A stretch of DNA of 44,874 bases, filler included, from Jimgerdemannia flammicorona (lineage: Eukaryota), in the NCBI GenBank assembly GCA_003990765.1. It is 2 parts of 2 records of this genome, joined end to end, with 100 filler letters (N's around TTAATTAATTAA, not from the genome) between each part and the next. Parts side by side here need not be neighbours in the genome. Positions count along the whole stretch, not along the records: positions 22,493 to 44,874 come from RBNJ01001289.1; 1 more part is not named here. One strand, given 5' to 3'. The notes under the pieces were generated by a model. It made no database searches, was not told where the DNA came from, and was given only the letters and a program-made list of their open reading frames with translations. The translations under genes were made by a program, and so were the position numbers. Shown here one piece after another: positions 34,101-44,874 of the stretch. Position 1 is the stretch's first letter. Each line of letters opens with the position of its first letter.

Positions 34101-37100
34101 CTTTATTTTCCAGAGTTACAAAAATGTTACTGATGAGGGGCAGTAGTTGGTAATTCTTCTTTATAGCCAGATTGAGCTTTCTGTAATTAGTGTAAAGCCT
34201 TGGGGCAAATTCTTCTAGTTTGCTTCCTTTTTGCAGAATCAATATGACTAGTAAAGCCCAAGGGCTGCTGGCTTCTTTAATGATACTGGTTTCTTCTATC
34301 TGCTTGATTTCTTCTCTGAGTCATTTATGGTAGACTGGTGGAATTGGTCCTACTTTTCAGTAGATTGGTTCAGTGTTTCCTATATCTACATCATAATAGT
34401 AATATGGAGTCTTTCTCTTAATATCCTTGAAGTCTGTGGTTAGGACATCCTCAAATTCATAGAGTATCTTCTTGAGTTTCTTCTTTAGTGGGAATTTATC
34501 TCCAATAGTATAGTTATTGCTTGTTTGTAGTTTTCTCCTTCTTGTGGTCTAGTTTGGTGATCTTAGTACTGGTGAATACTCCTCTTCCTATGGATCTAAA
34601 TCCTTTTCTTCCTCTTTCTGTTTTCTCCAACTTCTTGACTTTCATGATCTTTGGCTGAAGAACTGGGAAGATTAACATTTGTGTCAGTTAATCCTCCTTC
34701 TTGATTGAAAATAGAATCATAGAATTGTAGTTCCTAGTAATAAGTAGTATTTCTCCAAAATAGTCTGTATTAATGACTCCTCCTTTGATAGTAATCTCAC
34801 TCTTGGCCAGGTTGCTTCTTGTCTTGAGAATCCCAACATAATCCTTTGGACTAGTTATTTCCAGATCAGTTGCAAGTAGGGTAGTTGTCTAGGGCTCTAG
34901 TACAGTTTTCTCTACTGTGGTAATATTTATTCCAACTGTATTCTCTGACTTATATTTCAGTAGAACTACATCAGAGTGGATTTTTTAAATCTTGACCTTG
35001 ATTTCTTCTTTATCATCACTATCCTTCAGGAGGACTGGTGGTTCATCATCCTCTTCCTCCTCCTTTTCTTGCTTTGTCTGTTTCTTGAGCACCTTCTGTC
35101 TTTCATAGTAGATTTTCTTGATTCTACTGATATACTGGTAGCAATTATCAATATGTTTCATGCAGTATATCTTGATTCTATGAGGGCAGACTCCTTGTAG
35201 TATATATCCTTCAATGATTCTTTTGCACCATTCTTCTTTACTGATCTATCTAACTTTCTTTTTCTTTTTCTGAGTAGTTACTATATAGACTTCTTCTTGC
35301 TCACTTTCTTCTTCCTCTATCTCAGGCAGAACTTCTTTGTTAACATTAATGGAAATTCACATCTTTTGATCTTAATAGATGATCTATATTTTCTAGACAT
35401 TGAGGTCCATTATTGCTCTGGCTTTTTGAAACCACTAGTTGCTGATGAGGATGTCATAATTAGTAGTATTAGTTATGATCACATCTACTGGAATAATTGC
35501 TCCTCTAAACTTGATGGAAATATCTTGAATCTTTCCTAGAGGTGTGGCTCTTATACTATCTGCTGTGATAAATACCAATTTTGTTGCTTCTTCAACCTTT
35601 CAACCTAGGTAGTCTACTGCTTTCTTACTTAGGAGACATCCTCCTACTAAAGTGTCAATAATGGCTTTGAAGATTCTGTCTTCAATTTGACAGATTAAAT
35701 AGGCAGAGGCCTTGTAATTGTCTTCACTTTCTTCTCTCAAGTCTTCTTAAACATTATTGGCCTCAGTTATCTTCCATCTTTATTCCTTGATTATCTCAGC
35801 AAATCTATATCTCATTTGCTGTCTAAACATAGGTATTTGTGCTAGCTGGCCAAAGGTTGCATTGACCTTTTATTGGCTGAGATCCTTGAAGATAGTATAC
35901 TTAAAGATCTTGGTTTTGCACAGCTTCTTCTCCTTTTCTCCTTTACTGGCTGGGATAATTTCTTAGATGATATCTTGAACAGTCTGTTCCAACTCCTATC
36001 TTGATCTTGATCTGTTTCTTCAGCTTGACTTTCCATAGTACTTTCTATCTGTTTCTCTATAGAGTTCTTCTTGAGTCTCTCTAGTGGTCTCTTATTGGGT
36101 TGCTTGCAGACATCCTTCTTGATAGTCTCAGCAGGATAGGCTTCCTATTCTTCTTCATCCAATTCTCCAATCTCTTCAAAAGTAATAAAGTTGGTCTGCT
36201 TCTTATTTCAAATAACATTGCTTGGCTGGGTCTTATATTTGGTTTTACTTATATATTTATATAAGTAGTGGCCTTCCTCTCTATAGATATAGCAGATACC
36301 TCTCTTCTTATCCAAGATGGTAGCAAACTTCTACACTGGGTGATAGTCTCTTCCTCTCATTTCCTTTACTATATCTTCTAGATAGATAGTCATTTTGGCA
36401 AACTTCTTAACAAGTTTCTTCATAGGATCACTATTTCTCTATACTCAGTAGCTTATGGCTGAGGTGTGTTTCAATTGATCACTGTGGTAGGAATTACACT
36501 GGTTACCATGAGTGCTTCTATTCTGACTCCAGTAACTCTTTCCATTATCTGGTCTTATGGATGTCTAGCTATCCAGCATTGCTGGGTATAGGTGACCTTT
36601 TGTATCAGATCCAGCACTACTAGTAATGAGCAGATAGCCATAGCTATCTCTGGGTAAACTCCTTTCATAAAGATTGCTTCAGCTACTTGATCTTGGATAG
36701 TATTGGTATAATCTATAAGAATTATCTAATATTATATTCTAGTGTAAAATGTATTTAAATTCTTACTCATTTCTTGATATATTGTATTGAGCTTATCCTT
36801 CAGAGCTTGCTTGATCTCATCTATATTATAGATAGTTTGGAGTCAGGCCTTCTGTGCTACTAGCACAGTATCATCATTATTTCCCATAGATTACAGCTGT
36901 TAATACTGCTCTTGCTGGTCCTCAGAGACTGAAGAGTATGGAGACTACTTGCTATCTTACTGTCAGGGTTCTTACAGCAGCATACTGCTTGAAATTATCA
37001 ATGAAGATAATGATTAATTTATCTGAGGTATGTATATCTATAGAATACTAGTGGTCTCATATCTATTTTGTCTAAATATCTTGATTCAATTTGTATAGTT

Positions 37101-37162
37101 GTTTGTTGTTTAGCTTGAAAGTGAGAGATTTGTCTTGAATCACCACTCAATAGGTACTAAGT

Positions 37163-37630
37163 TATAATATAGTAGATATATAACTGTATAAGTATGTTAG
37201 ATTTCTATATCTTAAAAACTTGATCTTCTTTAACTCTACAGAGTTCTTGAGATGCAGGAGTGAGTGAGTTTGAAGTATATCTGCCTGCAGACTTAATAGT
37301 TCTCTTACTTTCTCTTTGCTTTAAACTATTTTGATCTAAGGTTTATTTATACTAGATACTAGAGATATTTATACAAGTTTGCTAGCTATAAGATAGCTAA
37401 GTTATAAGTTATTTTTTGTAAATATTGCATTATTTTAGCATCTGTAGTATCTTTAACAATTGCAAGAATTTCAGCATCTACAGAATCTTTAATGATTGTC
37501 AAAGTTTTCTATATTTACAAAATATGACTACTATTTATAAGACTATACTATATTTGGGAATTGGATTCAGATATTGTAATCAAATATCTATTTCTCTGAT
37601 TTATGTTCCTAATTCAGATCAATTATTATA
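37163..37630 (-). repeat. gypsy 5' LTR
   Basis: TATAATATAGTAGATATATAACT...CAGATCAATTATTATA, a direct repeat of 27124-27611 differing mostly by transitions. Confidence 0.88.
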
Positions 37631-38185
37631 ATATATTATCAATTTATATAAATAATCAGATATATCAAATCAGAATAGCTATCTTTTGAGAGAATATATA
37701 TCTTCTGAGTGAATACTTCTCTTCTGAGAAAACATCCATTTTCTTAGAGAATAAGTAGTCATATTTTTTCTAAATTAGCCTTACTATATATTTCATAATT
37801 ATTCAGATAGAAACCAGATAGTAACCATACTTATATAAAATATCTCAGAGATTTTAATAAATAAACCTCAGTCTGAAAAGTCAAAGTAAAGCAAAAGCCA
37901 ATTATTTGATATACTTAGAAAAATATCTACTAAAAGTCACTTGATCAAAGAAGGATTATGATATATCTGCTAATAAGCCACTATTAAGAAGTTGTAAGCT
38001 TTATTTCTTTTTTACTCTAGTCTATTTTCCAATATAATAAAGTTTGTTAATTTTGATATATATATATATATATATTTATCAGATTAAGTATAAAGAGAAG
38101 TTTACTAAATTTTAATCTACTTACTAGATGAAGTCTGAAGAACTTTGAGAAATCCACTAATTTTTTATATTATATAGAATTTATA

Positions 38186-38188
<3 letters not shown>

Positions 38189-38251
<63 letters not shown>

Positions 38252-39437
38252 ATTTAAAAAAACTCTAAGTTCTGTAGATTTTATTAGAAGAAAACCTAGA
38301 CTATATAAATCAAAACAACCCTCCATCTCTCTTCCTGAACATTGCATATCTATTAATCTAGACTTACTATTATATATCTAGTAGCTCTATCATACCAGAT
38401 ACTGTAGAGTTTATTATAACCTATATCTTATTCTGTATATCATACTCTCTCTACTACTAGGGAAAAATAACCATATACTAATAACTGAAAGTATATATCT
38501 AAAACTCCAATATATATATAAGACTATACTAAAGCTAGATAATAAAGTTCCTGCTACCCCAAATAGAGTAACAGTCAAAGAAAAAACTCCTTAAAAAATA
38601 TAGAACAGTTGGTAGAATCTGCTTCTTACCAATAGAGTGAGTGAAAAACTTATATATGAGATAGGAGGAGACTCTCAATACTCTACTACTCAAGTCTATA
38701 GGCCTTGATTACATAACTATATCAGCTTCTAATTCCAGTTAAGTGCAGTCTAAATATCTAATTAGGATAGCCTTGAGCTCTTCAATAACTCTAAATAACT
38801 AGAGCTCAACCCCATATATTACTAAGAGTTACTGAGAGTTATATCTACTATATACATAACTACTTTATACTAATCAGAAGGCTCTACTGATATAGTATCT
38901 GAACCAGTCCTGATGACTGTCACCAGTCTGACACTCAACTGGTCTATCATAATTACTCTTCTACTTATTTGTAATGGCTATCTTCTCTCTCATCCTAATA
39001 TTATATAAAAAGCAGTTAACTATATCAGAACTATACTCACCAGAAAGCTTGCCAAAGCTCAGAGGGCTTCACTATAAGCACTAAGGATCTGCAGGTAATC
39101 TATACTAGTAATTGATATTAAGATTGACTGATTTTCTATATAGTCTATAATATACTGAGATAATATCTTATTGATAATAGTAAAAGAAAGAAGATACTAT
39201 ACTAAAATAAGTATATTCCAGATATAGCTAGAGGTATCAGAAACTGTATAAAAGGTAGAAAAAACACTGATCTAATATCAATAAAGGGGTAACTTATCAC
39301 TATTGCCTCCCTCTCACTGTTCTGCAATAGATACAGCAAACCAACCTGAGGTAGAGAGGGTAAAAGTTATGAAAAAGAGATTCAGAAGATTGTCTACCAA
39401 AATCTTATAACTGGTATAGTAGTAGAGAAAGAGACAC
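38189..39437 (-). mobile_element. ~1.2-kb polyadenylated non-autonomous retroposon, copy 2
   Basis: Poly(T) at 38189-38251, a body that is the reverse complement of 19049-20220, and flanking direct repeat AGAATTTATACTCTTT at ~38176 and ~39438. Confidence 0.85.
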
Positions 39438-39938
39438 AGAATTTATACTCTTTAGAAAACTGTCTTGTTATACTGAATTTGTATCTATTAAGAAAATTAC
39501 TAAAATTATTCATATTATATAAATACAAGAACTTGTACTTTTGGAAACCAATCAAATGTTTTATTACTTTTTGACAATATAACTGAGAGCTCAAGCCAAA
39601 CTTACATGGCTACCCCACCTTGTAATTTACCTCTATTGAGTTAGCACATTATAGTATATATTGGTTTTTTGTACATTAAATAACCTTGTTTTTTTTTTTT
39701 TAAAAAAAAAAAAAGTTCTTTTAAAAATCAAATTTGACATCTGTATCAAAGGAATAGATATTATAGTAAATATTAGTAAATATAGTAAATTTATATTAGT
39801 ATAATATTCATATGTAGATGTCATCATTCTTGCATCATCAGGAAATCTTTGGAATTCATAAAATCACGTAACTAGAGATCAATAAAAGCAATCCCCGTTT
39901 CTCTGCTAAACACTCCAGTAATCCCAACATTTTCAAAC

Positions 39939-41474
39939 ATGGTTGAGCAATCCGAAAGTATTCTTAGTCTCAGGGATGACATTGCCTCCATCTGGAAGGA
40001 CCCAACCTACCATGATGTGACCATTGTCTGCGCTGACGGTGTTGAACTGGGCGCTTGCCGTGCCATCTGTCTTCAAGGTATGTGCGAATTCAATTCTTTT
40101 ACAGTTTAGTTGCATCCATCAGTTTCCACCACATCTCCTATACACCTAATATCATATAACATCTTAAAAGATGCCCATTTTTCAAGGCTATGCTCTACAG
40201 AAATATGCCAGAGGGTTCCTCTCATCTTGTTGTCCTCAATGAAATCACCTCCGTGGTGCTTAACCTCGTCCTCGGCTTCATTCACACCGCAATTGTCGAT
40301 GAAGCTAACATTTCCTTTGCAGTAGGAATATACCATGCCGCAGACTTTTTCCTCCTCCCCATGCTCAAGAAGATAGTGCTGGCGCATACTCACGCCCTCT
40401 ATAATTTTGGTGTCGCTTCTTCGCTTCTCAACGAAGCCGTCGCCACCATACCGTCGAGCGGATACCACCAAAGACCTCTACGATGAGCTTCTCAAACCCA
40501 CTCATACAGGTTTGGTATTAGCGAGCTGACTGACCTCTCCGAAGAGTCCTTCGAGTTACTCCTCACCGATGCGGTGACCCTTTCTGTGCCAGAGGACAAC
40601 ATGTTGCTGTGTGTCATTGACTGGGTCTGGGCATGCCACGAGAATGCGCCATCAGCTTCTGAGCGCCGTGATATTTTGCAAGACATTTACAATATGGTTT
40701 CTGGATATGATGGCACGATCCGGCTGGGAGAGGGTGCATCACACGTCTTGCTGCTCAAAATGCTGAGCTACTTTGACCTCACGCATTCTGCCCGCATCGA
40801 CTCCAGAGCATCGTGAAGGCAGTCGACGTTTTTGCGGAGACCTCGCCACACTTCATGTCACTTTGCCACCATGCCTGCAAGAACACCGCATGCCCTACGA
40901 AACATCCGTCTGTATGCCGTGAAAAGGCGCGTCAATGTGTCGGTCTCCAGTGGGATAGTTCGATAGGCGGATCTCACGTTGTTGTTTCCGAAGATGGCAA
41001 GGTTGGTGAGCTTTCTTCGGGGATTTCGTTTTATACAGCACGGCTTCCCGTCCCCATGACGAAGGTTTATGACAATCACTACAATCTATGCGAATGGGAC
41101 ATTGTCGTTGAATCGATTGGAACGTATGGCGTATACGGCGTCTGCGAGATTGCCCTCGTTGAAGAAGAATTCACAGATTTTACTGGTGACGAGACAGACA
41201 GCGAGCATGCATGGGGTTTCCTATCCTACGGAAAAGTGTAAATTACGTTTGGTTTTGACATCTGCCGAATAATGGCCAACGTATTAAATATGGAAAACCT
41301 ATTAGAAATGGCGAAGTGATGACATTCCACTTAAACCTAAATGACCATACTTGTGCACTTTCGTTTAACGGATTCAATCACGGGACAGCATGGAGAAATC
41401 TTCCCGACAAGGTGTACCCTGCTGTAATGTTATATCCAGGATGCAAGTATCGGATAAAAGATCGTCGTGGTTGA
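39939..41474 (+). pseudogene. BTB/POZ-BACK-like protein with C-terminal SPRY/B30.2-like domain, frameshifted
   Basis: MVEQSESILSLRDDIASIWKDPTYHDVTIVCADGVELGACRAI, intron ~40078-40170, CPFFKAMLY...YHAADFFLL...LLCVIDWVW...KAVDVF, then LQWDSSIGGSHVVVSEDGK...EWDIVVE...AWGFLSYG...YGKPIRNGEVMTFHLNLNDHTCALSFNGFNHGTAWRNLPDKVYPAV (SPRY-like). Several frameshifts and an internal stop at 41239. Confidence 0.82.
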
Positions 41475-41662
41475 ATGACAAGATTATGGACAATTAATTG
41501 GCTCTTGGTTTAGCAAATCGAAGCATCATTGTATTGTCCAAACATATCAATGAGCTATATATGGTATTGCTGTATTCATTCATTTTGGCATATTTCTTAA
41601 TTCCAAGTTGTCATGCTTTCTATATTCACCGGATGAGTGCTGTACAAAATGACATTCGGACG

Positions 41663-41697
<35 letters not shown>

Positions 41698-42844
41698 CCC
41701 TTTCGGTTATATTTTCATGCTATGCATTTAATCCGGAATCCGGGATGTCGAACTCCGCCTCTCCCTGATGAGCCAAGGCGTTTCCCTTTTTCTTTTAGTT
41801 TTTAAAAGCTTGTCCTCCAACCTAAAATTCAATCAAGCAAATGATCTTGTGGACATTTGTGCATCTGGTATTAATATTTGGTAAAAATGAAATTCGCACT
41901 CCCAGGACGCGCGCTATCAAACATGGCCATTCTTTCAGGATTGACAGGCAATGGACCCCTCCTTCATTTAGCGTTCCCTAAGCACCTTTGTGCGGCTTGC
42001 CTATAATCTGGAGCAGAAGCTGGTTATCTTTATGCATGAAAATTGGTGTCGTGTTCATAAGCAACGTCACGAGAAATTCTTGATCTGCTGGTTACAACCA
42101 CAAGGCAGCCCCCGTATAGTTGAATAAAGGCAGGGCCCAGTCGAACATTCTCTTCTGTTCAACTGAAATATGTGACTTGGGAGATGCCAGATTCACTCTA
42201 CTCGACGACCGTGGCTGACAAACGCGCACATTTTCGGTTTTCGCAAAGGTGATTGAGCAGCACAAAAAAATCGACGAAGGAGTCAACGGAGTCGCCTACC
42301 AGAATCAGTATAATGTGCTGTCGTCAGTACAGCAAAATATCCATGGCAACTTGTTTTCAATGTCCACACACTCTGTATCCAAGGCAAACGTATGACTTAT
42401 TCTCCCATCCCACGTATGTTGATTGGATCGATTTGAGCCGAGTCATAAGGTGACAATTCGAATATGAGACGCTGCCTGACAGATCTCCTTCATTCGGTTG
42501 GAATCCACGGATGCCGATTCAATCGGATTCGAAGCAAGTTATCTGGAAATACAAGATCCCAATCGAATACACAGTTTCTTAAAAATGGCTGTTTGCAAGA
42601 ACAGGAGTATTGTGGCGAAATGACGTTTGATGTGTGATAACTGGTGATGCATCTCCTAAATACGTAATTTGGCGGATGGCCGAATCACCTACGCGACTCA
42701 ACCAAACCCGGTCAAACCCGCCGTGATCGCACAGCCTACCACCCGATTCCCACGAATTCCAACTTGCCATACTCTCTCTCTTCCAATGTCTGGCAGAGGA
42801 AAACACCTCTTCTAAAATTACATCTATCTGAGTGTAATATCTTT

Positions 42845-42900
<56 letters not shown>

Positions 42901-44874
42901 TCGTGTTGTGGGCGAGAATGCGCTTGCGAAGTGCAACAGGTCAATCCTTGAAGAGGAGACTGGCCTATCTCAGATACGGTTGAAAGGGATGTGAAAACTT
43001 GAACGAAACGCGTAAGTGTTGAACTATGAGCTGTGAGTGTGGAACAAAACTAGATCAGAGATAACCTTAAGCATAAGATATGCATTGACACGCGCTCTGA
43101 ATAGGTCTCTTATTCAATAAGGCAGTCAAACACTTCTTCTAAAACTATGTCTATCTCATTGAAAAATTTGAAACGGTTGTATTTGGCAATTTTATGTCCG
43201 CGAAAACTCACTTGAAAAAGACAAACGTGTGTAGTATTCCTATTGGCCTGTAGATAGTAAGTTTCGGCACGCGTCTTAGCGCGGAAATGGGCATTTCGGG
43301 CTCTAAGAAAGGTGTGACAGCGTTAGAAGAGAGGAGAATACGCGGAAGAGGTGTCGATACGGACGTTTGGGCCTGTAGGAATATCAATCCATAAGTATTT
43401 GTTGGCCGATAGGCCGAAATCCAGTATAAATAGAGGGTTCCCATAAGCCAGTCTTGAAATTTGGAAGAGAGCGCGTATCCCGGCAGGGGATCGTATATCC
43501 CAAGAATTCACGCTCAAGCCGTCGCTTTTCAGGCGCCCGAGACGCATCTCATAGTAATATCCTTAGTAAACCCGTCTATATAGACCCAACAATTTCCCTC
43601 TGCCAACCGCTCATATCCCACCCCTTTTATTATCTATATATCTCAGCCGTCAACCCCGCTAACCAGGGGTTGACCTGCATATTGCTCGTTTAAGGGTAGG
43701 TTCGTCTAACTCCAAGACTGAATAGTGCGGGCCCGATTGTACAAAGAAGGCCGAGAAATTGAAGACGTAAGTGGCCCCTATGTGGGGTCATAACATGTCT
43801 AATCACACTTCCACAACTTAGATAAGCATTTCCGATTTTTTGGTTCGTGTTACAATACATAGCCATGCCACTATTAGGAATTTGGGAGAATAAACCGGAC
43901 ATCTCATTTTCTTGTTGGATTGTCTCAAATAGGTGTTTAGTCTGATCATGACTGCTATGTTATCAACTAGCTTGTTACTATGACAGACTGGTTGTAAAAT
44001 ACTCTCATAATTTCTTTATTTGATTCCTTTCGAAATGGGGTCCAATATCGAAAATCAAAGGTGAATGACGAAAAAAAAAAAAAAAAAAAATTGAGAGCGA
44101 ACCACAGAAAGAGAATATGCATTCCACACATTGTATGTATACAACTCTCATCGCATTTGACCATCCCCCACTCTCTCTCTCCTTCATTACCATCTTGCTC
44201 CCCTCCAAAAACGATCTCCTTCAAACTCCTCCTCTTGGAATAACACAAACCCAGCCATAGTGAACCCCTACGTGTGGAAAAACGAACATCTCGTACCCAA
44301 GTGTGGGGAACTCAGTTAACCAATCAATGCACTAGAGTCCCAGTTCACGGCCGCCATCGCAGATTCTCCTCGCTCGAATCCGTGACGGGAAGAGCGCGCT
44401 GCAAAAGGGAAAAGACGAGGGACCCCAAGAGAGACGAAAATAGTGAAGACTGAGAGGGGTCAGAGTGGATTTATAAGATCGAAAGACGGAAAGAAAAGGA
44501 GGAGAGGGGACTTGCAGTAGATGAAAGCATTACCCTTTGATTGGATTAAGAGGAAGGTATTGGATGGCATGTGTGTTAAACTACCGCTCATTAATAAATT
44601 CGCTTATCAACTAATATATGTCTCAAAAATACATACTCACACCATCCCCTGGTTATCACTCTCGCGCGATTGCAATGCTCACCAAATATCTAATGACGCA
44701 CACGGCCGCAACCAGCATGCACGCATCAGATCCGCATGGAAGATGGTGCCGCCCAGCATCATTGCCATTTTGATAAGCCCGCAAAAGTATGCAGCCAGAA
44801 GCTCGGCCTCCTCGCTTGAAAGGCTGATGGATTTGAGAGAAATCGGAAATCGGTGAAGAAGGCTTTTTTTTTTT

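Larger units (their letters stand above)
27124..37630 (-). mobile_element. Ty3/gypsy LTR retrotransposon relic, gag-PR-dUTPase-RT-RH-IN, with internal tandem duplication
   Basis: Matching ~480-bp LTRs 27124-27611 and 37163-37630 with flanking ATAT. Zinc knuckle CYTCREEGH (~32450), protease AIIDTRA (~31850), dUTPase GGVIDSDYIGEI (~30950), RT SSPWASPVILAPKK...RLCTNYRK...STLDLYSEFYQI (30170-30490), RNase H (~29300-29900), integrase AIDVISPL...IDLFTKWIEA...PQGN (~28600-28900). Confidence 0.93.

Noticed and set aside
9556..41474. Programmed frameshifting in the BTB and F-box genes
   Set aside because: The shifts are multiple, at unrelated positions and without slippery motifs. Pseudogenisation is simpler, though sequencing error cannot be excluded without reads.
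42842..42897. Long A/T homopolymers here and elsewhere (e.g. ~1012, ~2633, ~7025, ~7976, ~41665, ~44070) as retroposon tails
   Set aside because: I found no TSDs or shared upstream bodies; many lie in introns or UTRs and look like a genome-wide slippage trait.
44330..44874. Possible minus-strand exons of a gene entering from the right edge
   Set aside because: Splice-like signals exist, but the frame and product cannot be determined from the window.

Overview
Eukaryotic, intron-rich fungal-type DNA. An early-diverging Mucoromycota-like genome is my inference from gene content and style, not something the sequence proves. The left arm (1-16.4 kb) and right arm (39.9-44.9 kb) are CpG-normal and gene-bearing. 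They hold a 9+-exon 6-phosphofructo-2-kinase/FBPase-2 family gene (runs off the left edge), a composite minisatellite, a 5-exon DIPP/Ddp1-type Nudix hydrolase, a 4-exon secreted CX5R (PTP-fold) phosphatase, three paralogous BTB/POZ genes (one intact, two frameshifted, one of these with a SPRY-like C-terminus) and an F-box/LRR pseudogene. The centre (16.4-39.9 kb) is a nested transposon graveyard: two Ty1/copia relics, a Ty3/gypsy element with a dUTPase domain and a 3.8-kb internal tandem duplication, an L1/Tx1-type LINE with a second ORF1 copy, two copies of an unrecognised ~1.2-kb polyadenylated retroposon with long TSDs, a MITE and a possible DNA-transposon end at an assembly gap. The retroelements are almost devoid of CpG and carry heavy C>T/G>A damage including CpA>TpA, a RIP-like signature with sharp borders. 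Exon boundaries and motifs were read by hand; no database searches were run.
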